A stretch of DNA of 64,000 nucleotides from Amphiscolops sp. MND2022. Lineage: Eukaryota. The notes beneath the pieces are model-generated. The model was not told where the DNA came from. It made no database searches and saw only the letters and a program-made list of their open reading frames with translations. The stretch lies in NCBI GenBank assembly GCA_964187785.1, contig OZ076419.1, forward strand, positions 45,384,001-45,448,000, given 5' to 3'. Shown here piece after piece: positions 51,300 to 64,000 of this stretch (the first letter of the stretch is position 1; each line of letters opens with the position of its first letter). The position numbers were made by a program, and so were the translations under genes.

Positions 51300-52250
51300 A
51301 CAGAGGGGGCCGTTACATCACATCATTTGGCAGTTTGAATGAATCCATTAAACCTCAAAATCCTGTCAAGGTCTTACCAAGAATTCCAAGATGTTAGACT
51401 CTGGGCTACTAACAGCTTCATATGTTGCCCTTTTCGACCAGAAGATATCGTCACATTTTATCAAAAAGTTTTTCAATGATCCCATTCAGCCGTTGATGCC
51501 GCAGAAACATAATTTGATTTGACTTTTCTTGACTTTTCACGCCTATTTCTAAAAGTGTTCTGACCTTTGCTTTTCGCCATTCATCTCTCTTGCAATTTTC
51601 AGTTGCTGTTTGAAAATAGATTTCTCATACTTCAGATTTAATCATCAACTTTAGTCTCACTATATGCATCCAACAATGTTTCTTTTCACTGGAACTGCTG
51701 TGTGACGTAACGTTGACGTGCTCAAGGTTGCAAAAGTAAGTTTATTTCCTTTTAATACATTTATAGTTGTAGTGACGTTTCTTAGCAAATGCAGTGCGCA
51801 ATTTTTAATACAACAGTAAAGTGCGGCCCAAAAAAGTGGTACTACCTCCTTGGGCCACACTTCATTGTTGTGTCAAAAATTTGCGCATTTGCTAAGAAAA
51901 GTCACTACGAAGCCCGGATTCTATGCCCTAGTGTTTTATATGGTTCCTTGCGATACTAGCATACCATTTCCATGTATGGAATGGCACGATATTGCATTGA
52001 TCAATCATATAGTTCAATGCATGGAGCTGCAAGGGAACCTCATTAATTCTGATTTGGGAGGATCCAACATTTTTTGCAGGATTTTTGAGTAAGTCAAAGA
52101 CGTCCTTTTCCTACAACATAAGTAGATTGGGCATGTTTCAGAAATGGGTGGATGTACCAGAGGTAAATGTCTCGGCGTCACAGCGACAATAGTTATCTTG
52201 ACGGCCATCCTTGCAATTATTTTCCCTTTCTTCTTCTGGTTAGTTAGTTT
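51300..52250 (-). pseudogene. hAT transposase remnant
   Basis: VPLQLHALNYMIDQ (hAT CxxH-like) at ~52000 and TSWNSW*DLDRIL (TRWNS-like) at ~51385. Confidence 0.5.
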
Positions 52251-54384
52251 ATAAGAAATAACAGAGGTTATGATTGCATTTTCATTTCAATGTTTTTATT
52301 ACCTTCGTTCAGTGAACTTTCACTGTTAGTAGATTTGTTGAAGGAAAATGAAACTAGAATAGTTGAGTTTCCGAAATTATTCTCAGAGTTTTTGTTTCGG
52401 ACACCGATCATAAATTGATTGCTCAAAGAAGATATTTGTGTTTCATACTTGCAGACATCGTCGATTTGTTTGTAGGAATATTTTTGAAGCAAACGTTTTT
52501 GAAGCTTTTTTGTCAGAAGTTTAGAACACGAACGTTCTAAAAATGACAGAGCAAAATTACCAAAAATGCGGGCAATTATGCCTGAATAACGTGGGTAACA
52601 AGGGTTGCAATGAAAAATACTCGAGGTATTTGAGAAATACGGGAAACCACAAAATAGTTTGAAAAAAACATGCTTTATTCAAGCAACCTCAAGTCCCATA
52701 GTTTCTCCAAAAACTAATGCAAATTAGCATTATAAACGTGTAATTAGGTACCAGGGTTTTCATTTTGGCCCGATGTTCCTGAGAAACTTGAATCTGGAGT
52801 TTGATGTGCAATTTTGCGTTGATTGAGACGCGAAAATGTTCTTGAGTATTGGCAATTTTGCTCAACAAGCAGTAAAAAGTTTGCTTTCCAAACTTGTTCA
52901 AAAAAACGTGGAAAGCTTCTGAGGCGGAAGTCAAAAACGTGTTAAAACGTTCGAAAATTTTGGGTAATTTAAGGTGCAATTCGAAAAGAAATTGTTGCTT
53001 TGTTTAGACTTGGATCCTGTTGCACTCGTTTAGTGTTAAAGAGCATAACATTAGCGGCAAGTTACAGTGAAAACGAACATATTTGAGGTTCTAGCTAATG
53101 TATACAAAGTAGACGTTGCAAAGTTTCGGTCATGATGAGTTCACGAAACGTGCTTCACGAAAAAAGTGTAAATTGATATAAGTAGAATACTGAGGTCAGA
53201 ATACCATTTTTAACGAAACTAATTCATCAAAAAATTCTAATTCGCACGCATAGTGTTTTTACGTGCACTACTTTGTGTCCGCTTTTCAATCATTAATATG
53301 TTCATTGATTTCCTATTTATTCGTGAAATACCTTTTCGTACGAAAGCTGTTACTGAAAAAGTTTGTCTAAGAGTGCACTGGAAGAAGCCCCCAACTTTTT
53401 TCCAGCTTTCTTAGCCCCCGGAGTTCTCTATAGTATCCCAAAGGTGTGGACTTAGAAAAGCAGAACTGGTTATTTGTCGTCCACCTCGCGGAAAGGGAAA
53501 ACTAATTTTCTCTTCTCTCTTCTCTTTTCTGAATGGAAGTTCAACTTACATAAAAATCGCTAATATTTGGACATACTCGGTCTCCAAACAAAAACAGTTT
53601 CCATTCATTAACTCAGGAAATGCCACTTTCTAGTACGGGTTTTATTTCCAGTGACATACCAAACTCAGGATGTGACGGTGGTAAATCCGGAATTTGGGAA
53701 CAAAATCGAAATTCGGAGGGTTAGTTGGTCTAAAATAACTATTTTAGGAAAGCTGGTACGGCCAGACTAGTCTTTGCGCCGTTCTTGGCCTTCATATATA
53801 TTGAAAGGATGCTGAAAAAAGAACGGCAGGTCCTGCTTGTGATTGGATGACTGTGATATGAGTATATTGATTAGTAGCTTATTTGCTGTCTAATTGATTG
53901 GACACCGTAGAAATTAACATCCCTAAGTGCTTCGAAAACGCAAGAATTAACCAGGAATACAAACCTAGTTCAGTGCAGTGTGTGTATTTTGGCCCTTGTG
54001 GCCTAATGCCTTGCTATATGTTATTGCATGTCATGGTTTGTTGATTGAGTTGCATGTAACGTTGCATGTCCTCAAAGGATATTTATGATCCCTTACGCGT
54101 TTTGTAGTCCTTGCAGGACTCAATTGCTTTGAATTTATTCTTAGCGACATGATGTCACTACTTTTAGGAATAGACGGAGCTATTTATAGAAGTAATTTGA
54201 CCTAGTTTTCAATTATGACTGCAGCAATAACACGTGTCATGCATGATGTTTGAGTATTTACTCCCGGGACAGCTAGTACCCGAGAGCGATTGAAATCTGA
54301 AATTCTAATATACAGTTGACCTGAAAAAACCACTTTCATTTACAGAAAAGAATTAATTTATTTCTTCCCTTGAAACGAATTCTT

Positions 54385-54800
54385 ATGCCTTCGACGAGGA
54401 GAGAGAAAGCAAGCAAATCTAGAGCAATGGACAAGATGTCTGATCTTGACAATCTAAGCACAATGATGGCAAATGAAAACATCAATCGTACTGAGACAGG
54501 AATTAGCAAATACGATCGAAGGATCAACAAACCACTATGACACCGATTCCAACTCTCACCCTGGGAGAAATTTTTCCCAAGAGAATGAATATAGAGATTT
54601 TGGTAGAGAAAATGCAACTCGTAAACAGAACAGGTTCCTTGAATCAATGGAAACGTTCACAAATGAAATTAACTCAAGGTGTTCTCAAGAAATGGACTCC
54701 ATGACGTCCATGATGCATTCCCAAATTAACAGAGCAATAAGGGCTCTGCAATAGCTGAAAGAGTAATCCCAGAATCAAAATTTTGTGAGTTCGTTGTCTG
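54385..54800 (+). pseudogene. Frameshifted gag N-terminus-like ORF (MPSTRREKASKSR...)
   Basis: Basic N-terminus plus coiled-coil (ESMETFTNEINSRCSQEMDSM), the same architecture as the LTR-embedded ORF at 19056. Confidence 0.5.
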
Positions 54801-57092
54801 GCCAAAGTGTTAACACAAATTATTAGCCTGGGGGGTTTCACTTGATCGGGATAACTTCAACAAACTAAATACATCACTCAAACAATAAGTAAGACCAATA
54901 AAAAACGATCAACACTCACTACATCACTTGTAACCTACATGAAAATGGTTTACCTTCCATCATTCAAACGGTTGGCTTGGCGGTTAGCCCGGGTCAAATT
55001 ACAAATAGTTAATAACTCCCTAAGACAACACACGTTAGAATACTCAAAGTATATCCGGGTGGTTCAAATAATAAGTATTCAGGGAAATTGTCGGCATTCA
55101 ATGGTAGCTAATGCTTCATTTGTGTCAATTATGATTGATCGGTTGTCCTGGTTGTCGTCCCATTTTCTGAGATCAACAAATTAACAAACATAGATTCATA
55201 TAATACTTATACCACACTTTTCCTTTCCATCGACCATCTTCAGGTGATTTAGGCTTCTTTTAAGCTTCGATTTCACACTTGATTAGCACATAACATCATT
55301 TGCTTTATTTGCAGTTTGGATATTTCAGTCGAGCGGTCGAGCGTGCGTCCCAGCTCCAGTCGACTGGTGATTTGTCTAGCACGGCAGCTCAGCTAATACT
55401 GAGAATTTGCGCTGAACGCTGATTGGATGATTTGAAAAAAGGAAACCTGATTTGCTTTGCTCTGCTGTTTTTGAGAGCAGTAAGTTGGCCGGTGTGCTGG
55501 TCGAATTAACTTCAATCAGCACGCCCGCCGTTTTACTGTAAACAAAGCAAACTCATTGCACATTAGTAATATTTAATTGTTTACGTATTTATGTATTTTA
55601 GGTACTGCAGTGGGTTATTAATAGTATTAATATTGCACTTACATGGATGTTAAGTACCCTTGAACGTTTGTTTGTTGATTGTTTCTTTCCAGGTTTGTGA
55701 TGCTCTATTTGTCTCTCGCTGTGCAATTTCTCAGTTTCTTTCCACTGGCGTTCTCTCTGATTTTAATGTTCCACAGCTCATTGGGGGCTGTGACACATGC
55801 TCATTTTCATATCTTTAGTCTCAAGATTCAAAACATCCAAGTTTACGCCTCGTCGTGAACAACTTCGGGAGCATGAAGAAATGAATAATTTTCAGCTTAG
55901 AAGCGGAAAAGTTACGATAATCGTTGTTCACGACTGATTTTTGAGAAAACTGATGATTACAGCTTCGCTTTGATGCAAATAAAGCTTCAGGCATGGGATA
56001 AACTGCAACTTAGTGTCAATTTCTGCATGTTGTATCAGAAGCGACGTTTACAGCAAAAGACTAGCTGAGACAAGAAAATGTGAAAAACGTACCGATATTT
56101 TGTGCTCGTTACGAGCATTTTGATTGTAGCGATACTAATGCGCCAGATATTTTCAAAATTACTTACAATTGTGGAAACAGCAGCGTAATGTCTGCAAGAT
56201 TTTTAGTTAAGAGCTTGTTAAATTGAAGTTTTTGAAAATCTATTCCGCAAGTGTAAGAACCAAAGCTCTCCGTGGCTCTCAGATCAAAGGCAGACCTAAT
56301 AGTCCTTTTTTGTAATTTAAGTTTTGAACCCGGTTTCACATCACCATTTTCCTGATTGTTTCATGACGAACTGGACTCAGTGTCCCTATTTCCCGAACAG
56401 TCCGGGAGTATTCAAAATGACAGTGTAGCCAGGCATGCAACCTAAAATAACTCGTATTTGTCTCAATGCTAATTGCTGGTGCTCAGCATTTATAAGTAAC
56501 ACTTACGATACTATTAACTTGTTAATAAGTGCAGTTTATCATTTTGCTTGAAGTCTTCATTTTCTATCAAGTGAAATTTCACTTCCTTTTCCTGCTTCAG
56601 TTGCTAGGTTCATGAATATCAGTGCCAACTTTGATTCGGCGTTTTGAAGAGGCGGGGAATGAAGAAGAATGGGACGCCGAATTGGTAAGTGGCAGGAAGT
56701 TGATTCCCACTTTTTTTAAAAAGTGAGATGAAGCCGAATGCCTCGTCCCAAGGAACTTGACCTTATTTGGATTTCCCCGCTTTGGAGAGCACGCTGGGTT
56801 GAACAAGGTTTTCCCCGCATGCCTAGCAAAAAGTATTTATACCTGGAGCGGGATTAAGAGAGGACACAATTTAATTTTCAATTCTCGAGTAATTTTGATT
56901 CATTAATTGCCTTCAATTTGTTAAAACTTACCTTTTTGCTCTGAATTCCTCACTTTGATCAGTTTCCTATCTTTCAATTGTATTACTGTTCTTTCAATAA
57001 GTGTTTGCCAGTGACGGACTGAAGTGTTTCGAGATTGTGATGAATCATCAGTATAATTAAACTAAAACCTGGAACTTGTTTTTGCCCGGAAC

Positions 57093-57380
57093 ATGCCGGA
57101 CAAATCTTACAAACGTAAGTTAGGAAGCGACCCTTCGAGTATTCATTCAGATGTAGAAGTAGCGAGTTTGTCTAACGATGAAAACCTTCAAATATCAGAA
57201 CGAGATTTCGAGGACATCTTGAACAAGATTCAAAACAAGATTTCTAAACGCTTGAGAGGTGCCGAATTCGGCCACAGAGAAAATTCAGACTGATCGAGAA
57301 TATTTCCTCCAATTTATACAATCTGTCTAGTACTTCGTCTGAACAAGGATATTCCGCTGCTAGCAGAAGTTAACAAAAAT
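57093..57380 (+). pseudogene. Further gag N-terminus-like ORF remnant (MPDKSYKRKL...)
   Basis: Basic start, acidic linker and coiled-coil DFEDILNKIQNKISKRL; frameshifted. Confidence 0.35.
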
Positions 57381-58129
57381 GCACAGGAAGAAGTAGCTAA
57401 AACCCGTTTTCCAAGTAATCTGAGCTCCAACAGCATGTTTCAACTTTCGTTCCCAGCTTGCAAAAAAATCTCGTCAATCTTGCTACAATGTTTAGTAGTT
57501 CATAACAGATAATTGTCCAGTGGAACTTTTTTTGTATCTTCAAAATTTCCATGTGTAAAAATGCCTGCTCTTAGAGAGTTCTATTTTAACTTTGTAATGT
57601 AAAAGAAAGATTGTTTCTAAGATCTTTCATTCCACAAACTCGACTATACTCTCAAAACTAGTGTAATGAATCCAAAATAGATCTAAACTAGCATACATAC
57701 TGTTTAGAAAAACGTTCCAAAAAAAGAATCAATAGAATTTCAGTGGTGATGACCTCTTACAGTATGATTGGCAGTTAACCGAATGATTTCGAACGCATCA
57801 TTACACCGTATAACAACTATTAGGCCTTCAATAATGGAAAAAAATCTTACCATATTTTATGCCAGACCAGACATTTAAATGCTTCTGGTATAATTTATGG
57901 TTTCAATGTACAGGTTAGTTTAAAAGTTGATTATGTATTTTATTATTTTCCGCCCATATTTCACATGGGAAAGGAAAATACTTAAATGAAACGGATTTTG
58001 TTTTACAAATTTTGCCAAGCACTAGTTTTATACTTAACTTTAAGGGTGGCACCAAAAGAATTCAACTCACGTGAACTTAACTTGGTGTGATTTGTATTTG
58101 TTGAGTTTTCTTGGCTTTTTAGTTGACCC

Positions 58130-59180
58130 CAGGGAAAGAAAAAGACCCAATAGTGACAAAAAGAACCAAATTTTCCAGATTTTTACCGTTTTTATGCAAT
58201 TTTTTTAAATTATTGATAGACTTCGTGGACTAGAATGTTGAAAACGCTTCATGGCACTATTTTGTTATCTAGTAGGCTTTTCTGAGGAGTTAATTGCCTT
58301 TCTTGAATGAAAATTTCTGAAATTGACACCGAAAACGACAAAAACCCCAAAACTTTTCACGTTTCAAAAATTTTTTGCATTTTGTTCCAAATTTTCGACA
58401 GACTTTGCTGACTGGCACGTTGAAAAAGGTCAACAAAGAAAGAAGGTGGTGTCAACTAGGCTTATCTGTAGAGTTTATTGCAGTTTTGAAGTGAAAATGT
58501 CTCAAATTGACACCGAAAATGACAAAAGACCCAAAAATGTAAAATTTTCAAAAGTTTTTATGCAAGTCCTGTTAACGTTTCAACATAATTCGTAGATTGG
58601 AAGATTCGAATGTCTCAAACTGTCAACAAGGAAGAGGGTTGCCGCCCAGTAGTCTTTTATGAAGAGGTAATTGAAAGTTCTGAATCAAAATGTCTCAAAC
58701 TGACACCAAAAACTATAAAACCCCAAATTTTCCAATTTTCAAAGGTTTTATGCATTTTTAGTCAAAGTTTCGACAAACTTCATGGATTGGAAATGTTGAA
58801 ATATTCGAAGTCTTTATCGTTTTCGATGCAATTTCTGTACAGTTTCCAAAAGATTTCGTTCTAAGTTCCAACACAATCAACTCAACAACGAAAGAACGAG
58901 CATTACATTTTGGGACGAGAACATTGCAGCGTTTTGCTTCAAATACACTTCAGAGTGACTGCAAAGGAGTCGAAAAATTTCAACATCTGAGTTTTTGTGC
59001 AACTTGTGTACTCTTTGAATCATTTTGGAGTCAGAATGTTAGAAAACGTTCAACAAAGAAGAGAGAACTAATCTAGTAGGCTTTTAACGGATTATTTGCT
59101 GACTTCGATTCGAAAATGGCACAAAAGTCGAAAATGACGAAATTTTTTTAAAGATTTCTGACATTTTCAGTGAATTTCTA
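58130..59180. repeat. Diverged ~185-190 bp tandem repeat, ~5-6 units
   Basis: aattgacaccgaaaa at 58321 and 58505, variant at ~58698. Confidence 0.65.
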
Positions 59181-60904
59181 AATGAGATTAGTAAATTTCA
59201 AGGAAATGAAAGCTTCAGAAAGTTCTAGATGCCAAAACTAAGTCCAAAGTACGTTTTTAAAAGAAAATTGCTTGATTTATGGTCGAAAGTTTCCTCAGAA
59301 TGACCCAACTATTGGAAAAAATTTTTGGGCTGTTTGTAAATTTTTTGAGCATTTTTCTTTGCATAAAATGGTTTGAAAAGCTCATCAATGATCCACACCG
59401 GGTATCTGCAGCGAGATATTTTGAACAGATAATTGTATTTTTTGTTAGAATTGGCCTCAAAAACACCCAAAAATCCAAGAAACAAAAAAAAACACATTGT
59501 TTGACAAACTAATCCTACCTTTTGTTCAAACCACGAAATTTCCTGAAAAATAGAACTTCGAATGACTTAAGCGTTGAAAAAATAAAGAATTCAAAACGCA
59601 ATCGGGGAAAAATGGAGATAAAGTTCATCGAGCGTACAACAGAGGTGTCAAAGTTTCCGAACGCTATACTTTCGACAACATAGTCCCAATTTTGGGCACT
59701 TTCCGAAAATTTACTTCAATCAAAAGAACCATAGGCTCAGGGCTGAACTGTGTAGCTTCCGGTAGTGTTTCGAAAAGATATCAGACATTTTTATTTGCAC
59801 AACCTTCGAAACTTTTACATTTTTTGAAAATGTATGTTTTGACTTCATTTGTCCAATATTTAATATTGAAAAACCTCCAACCAAAATCACTAGATATGGA
59901 GTACACCTTCCAAAGGAAAATGTTTCGAGCTACTTCGTTATTAAGAATGGTGCAAACATTCAATAACCAAAAAACTCGGTGTCCAGTAAGCTTATTTTTG
60001 AAGAGACTTTGTAGATTTGTTAGAAAAGTCCTCATATTGACCCCAAAGTTGTCAAAGCTATTTCAATTTCTGACATTTCTGGTTAAACTATATGCAATAA
60101 AATAACAAACCGAGATCGCTCAACTTTTCTAAATTTGCAAAAGACCTAATTTCAAGCTTTCAACATTTTCTCAGCGCCAAAAATTACCTCAAGACATACG
60201 ACTGAGACAAGGAAACCAAGTTTTCCCCAACATGAATCACAAAAAAATCCAATTTCGTGTTTTTTTTCGGTAAAGTCCTTTGAAGGCGAAAAAATTTTAA
60301 GCTCTCAAAACTACTTTTCCCAAGCAAAAAAATCAGCTATGAAAAAGAGGCGGTACCCCTCGACCAAATTAAAATTTTGGAAAAACGCACAGATTCAAAA
60401 AAACTGAAATGAGGTTTTTCCCCAAATCAATAAGGAAACTCATCAGTTCCACATGATCAAAAGTAATAAAGAAGTCACCCTTAAGACTCGAGAAACGTTT
60501 CCCTTCACAGAATTCTTCAAAAACTAAAAATTGCGAAAAATGTTTCTCGAAAATAGTTTCCGAAAAACATATTGAAAATTTTCCCTTTTCTCAATAAGTC
60601 GCATAGTGCCGAAAAAACGAAAAGTGGCCAGCTATCGCAGAATTCATAAGTTAGGTGTTTCCTTTAAAATGGTATAAGATGAATCAAAGCTTTCTTTTCT
60701 TTAAACTTCTTTGTGTTTTTATAGTGCACTGACTATTCTTGAGCCTCAAATTTATGTAGTTGTAGAACAGTTTGGGGCGGAAAACATCTCGCTGCTCAGC
60801 GGGCGTCTTGTTTAATTATCCAATCACAAACAACAAGCTGCTGCCGAGTTGTTTAAATTTTGAATGTCGTTTGTCAACTGTTCAGCGTCACACACTAGTT
60901 TCAG

Positions 60905-61063
60905 CGCACAAACACGAATGGAATGCGATGAAGGCTTTCCATATAATCGTTTTGCTCAACCTTGTGGGGTGTGGAGCGGTGTGGATTTTCTTGTGGGCCA
61001 CTGGCGACTATAAAGGCAGGACTTTCACTGCAGTCGTTGTCCTAATCACCAGCATCGTGACAA
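60905..61063 (+). CDS. Internal exon of claudin/PMP22-like gene 2
   Basis: tttcAG| ... a|GTAAGC; HKHEWNAMKAFHIIVLLNLVGCGAVWIFLWATGDYKGRTFTAVVVLITSIVT; same phases as 17192-17353. Confidence 0.85.
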
Positions 61064-61866
61064 GTAAGCTCTTCATAGAATTCAAGGAACTTGCACAACA
61101 AGGAAAAAGCGCTTCGATTCATCTCGGGCAAAATCAAAGAAAACGATTTCTAAGTTTTTTATCTATACTTTTGAATTGAAATATACAACAAAAACTGAAA
61201 ACTTCAAGTGTTTTTCATGTGTTTTTTGTCTTTGTTAGAAAAATGTGTAAACGTTCAATTTCTCGAATTTTTCTGAAGTTCCAATTGCCAATTTCTGAGC
61301 AGGGTCATAGTTGAAGCAGGAAACAATTCTACGAAGGTGCTGGACAAAAAGGTATGGACGATGTTCAAAATTATTATAATGAAGGCGATATTTTAAACTC
61401 TAATACCGGAAGCCCATTTCACTGAAGTAGGACAAAAATTGTACACAATTTTGGATCTCACTTTAGGTTTTTTTGGTTTATTTTTGGGAGCTCTATCATT
61501 CATGGTAACCAATTTTTTCAAGTCTTTTTTTGAGTTTGACCAGAAAACGTGTGTAGAACTGAAAAAAGAGCGGAAAATGTGTTGGAATACGATCGAAGCC
61601 GCATTTTCATATAAGATCTGATAAAAATGAATAACAACCAATGAAATTTGCGTTTCCTTTTTCGCAGCCTTCTGAGATAATTCGCATTAACTAGGTCGTT
61701 GAATGGAAACTTTGCCTGACGCATAACATTTCAGAACATTTCGTCGTGTAAAGTTCACACCAATTGAACGGTCACAAGAGTTAACAAGTCATTTAATAAA
61801 TCTGAATTCAGCGCAAACGGTATTCGTCATTTCTGCGAATCTTCTCTTCATTCGATCTTGCAGAGC

Positions 61867-61998
61867 ATCGAAAGTTTGATATGCAACTGTGATTGTTTTG
61901 GATGAATTTTCTAAGATTTTGTAAGATTTTTTGATGAATTTTACAAAATCCTACAAAATTCATCCAAAACAATCACAGTTGCATATCAAACTTTCGAT
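61867..61998. repeat. Intronic hairpin with 44-bp perfect arms
   Basis: 61867-61910 is the exact reverse complement of 61955-61998. Confidence 0.92.
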
Positions 61999-62095
61999 CC
62001 AAGTTTTAAAATTTGTAAAATATTTTTTATGCTAACATCTAAATTTCAGCAATGAACAAAATGTCAGCAGGATGCATACTTCGGGTCAATTTCAG

Positions 62096-62268
62096 GTGTT
62101 ACCAGTCTGGTTCTCGCAATTCTGGTGACTTACGAGGTAGCTGAAAAACGACTCGTTGGTTACATGTCTCTTCCAGTTTGGTTGGTAACAAGTTGTACCA
62201 TTTTTGTGACTGGACTGGCACTACGACTGTTTATTTGTGCTGATGCGAACACAAAGCAGTATTGTTAG
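62096..62268 (+). CDS. Terminal exon of claudin/PMP22-like gene 2
   Basis: tttcAG|; SVTSLVLAILVTYEVAEKRLVGYMSLPVWLVTSCTIFVTGLALRLFICADANTKQYC*. Confidence 0.85.
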
Positions 62269-63029
62269 CTCGACGTAAAAAATTGGTTTCAGAATTTCAT
62301 CAGCCATATCAAAGAAGCAAAGATGGCCATACACTGTGCTCAATAGTGCACAGGAATCTCAAGAAGACAAATCTCAAAATTTCGAAACAATTTCATAACA
62401 TGATCTTTTGTTATGCTCAGTTTGTCCGGTGAATAGAACGGAAAAATGCACACTGCTCTTTCTTTTTCTTCAAGTTTTCACTACCTTTTGAGTACAAAGT
62501 ATTAGGCTCAAATGGAAAAGGCTGCCTTTCAACCAGAATTCAATGTCTATTTTCTATCAGAAATGTGAAAACGTCATCCGAAACGACAATTTTTGTATCC
62601 GATGCTGATTTTTTTCTCAAGTTTCATTTCAAATTATGCAAAAAAAACATTTCGCTAAAAAAGGGGTATTGTTGTAACAAAACAATTAACACTCAGATGA
62701 AGAGTGATTCAATGGTTTCGCAACATCTTCATAGTTGGCGTAATGAAGAGTTTATTGTTTCCCCTTCTTTGATTCTGGAGGTCAAAATGGAGTGATCTCA
62801 GGTAACACTTCCAGTTTACCAAGCTGAAGGTCATTACTATTTTAAAGTTTGTCAAGAAATGAATTGTATTACACGATAATCTTCATAGGAAACTGGGAAA
62901 TCATACAATGATCATATAAAAATCATGAAAGTCATGTAAAGCTATATATTGAACATGAAAGCCAAACAATGATCACATTGACCAAGACGCCCGCTAAGCA
63001 GCGCGCTAATTTCCGCTAAAAATATAACG

Positions 63030-63097
63030 CATCAGCACGTGTTCGAACCCACGACCTCGTGTCTGCCAGGCAGACAGACTACCAACTGAGCCAAAGT
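63030..63097 (-). mobile_element. tRNA-derived SINE head
   Basis: A-box TGGCTCAGTTGG and B-box GGTTCGAAC on the minus strand; acceptor stem not intact. Confidence 0.55.
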
Positions 63098-63281
63098 AAC
63101 TAAATTCGGTAAAAACTGAAGCGGATGGAGATCGTGGAGATTTGGCAGAATTGTTTTAAAAAATTGCACAACAAAATATGATTTTTCTTCCCCATTCACA
63201 ATTAATTTTTTTTGGGAGGGGGGCGGAAAAACAAAATTACGCAAGACTGGACTAAATGTTAAGTCAACGTGATAATATCTA

Positions 63282-63748
63282 CAGTACTGTGATTACGAAA
63301 TCGTCCTCTATGCGCTGAGCGTCGTTATAAACCAATCAGAATTGTTTATTTGCCCTCACTTCCAATTCTGATTGGCGCATCAAGTAAAATCTCAGGCGCA
63401 GAACGAACACTTCTGCTATTTTCCCTTCCGATTTGGGCAGGTTTTTGGAAAGTTTTTAATTCATTGGTTGGTTTCAAACACATTTTTTGTTTCGAAAACA
63501 GTCTAAACGGAAAAATAGTCGCACTTTTTCACTGCAAAACGTTCCTTTCCTATCTTAATACATGTAAATCGACTAAATTTTACATTTCGAGACCAATTTT
63601 TTGAAAACAGTTGATAATTTTTGAAATCGAAAAATATTCATGGATTCAGTAGGTTTGTGTTAATTAATTGAGCATAAAACATGCCAATAAAACTGTGGAT
63701 AAAACGGTCAAAAATTGGGTAAACCGAAAAAAGTCCCAAACTTGCTCA
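63282..63748. mobile_element. Second, partial copy of the TA-flanked MITE
   Basis: TA-CAGTACTGTGATTACGAAATCGTCC, collinear with 27435 onward for ~470 bp; right TIR not seen. Confidence 0.8.
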
Positions 63749-64000
63749 AAATCCCACGGACGTCTAAAGTCCCAAGTCGTCAAAAGAAGAAACTTCTGCT
63801 AATATGACTAACTTGAACGCATGGATATGAAACATGTCCTAAATTTGTCCGAATAGCGTTCACATCAATCAACAGTGCCCACAAAATACCATAAGGTGTA
63901 CCCTTGAGACTTGAAAACTGCCTTTTCCGTCAACTGAAAACATCGAAAAACTCAGTCAGATCACTGAAAACAATCTTTCTCAAAACAACTTTCTTCCCAC

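Noticed and set aside
53380-53480. Possible ribozyme-like structured RNA
   Set aside because: One short stem (GGTGTGGAC/GTCCACC), but no hammerhead, HDV or twister core motifs.
55692-55860. First exon (TM1) of gene 2
   Set aside because: A hydrophobic frame exists, but no phase-compatible strong donor links it to 60905; gene 2 upstream exons remain unidentified.

Overview
Eukaryotic, AT-rich, transposon-dense window (probably an invertebrate animal; species not determinable from sequence) with a 200-N scaffold gap at 16083-16282. It contains: (1) a young but defective Ty1/copia element (277-6253; ~98% identical LTRs, ACAAA TSD, PBS matching the anticodon arm of elongator tRNA-Met, a leader minisatellite, and gag-pol broken by one stop and one frameshift); (2) a ~3.5 kb array of 84-bp satellite units with higher-order structure; (3) two paralogous spliced genes for small multi-TM, claudin/PMP22-like proteins (exons 15188-15265, 17192-17353, 24328-24506; and 60905-61063, 62096-62268); (4) gypsy-like LTR elements whose LTRs carry the start of an ORF, including a 2.3 kb solo LTR with TSD; (5) two LTR elements (31422-38034 with AAGCA TSD; 43572-51265 with tRNA-Arg-like PBS) whose interiors show no recognisable gag/pol but carry decayed, apparently intron-containing cargo ORFs, one beside an RFX X-box plus CCAAT module; (6) a decayed second copia, hAT, MULE and LINE remnants, a TA-flanked MITE, tRNA-derived SINE heads and hairpins. 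The most unusual signal is the pair of pol-less LTR elements with putative spliced cargo genes. All alignments and identities were judged by eye; no searches were run.
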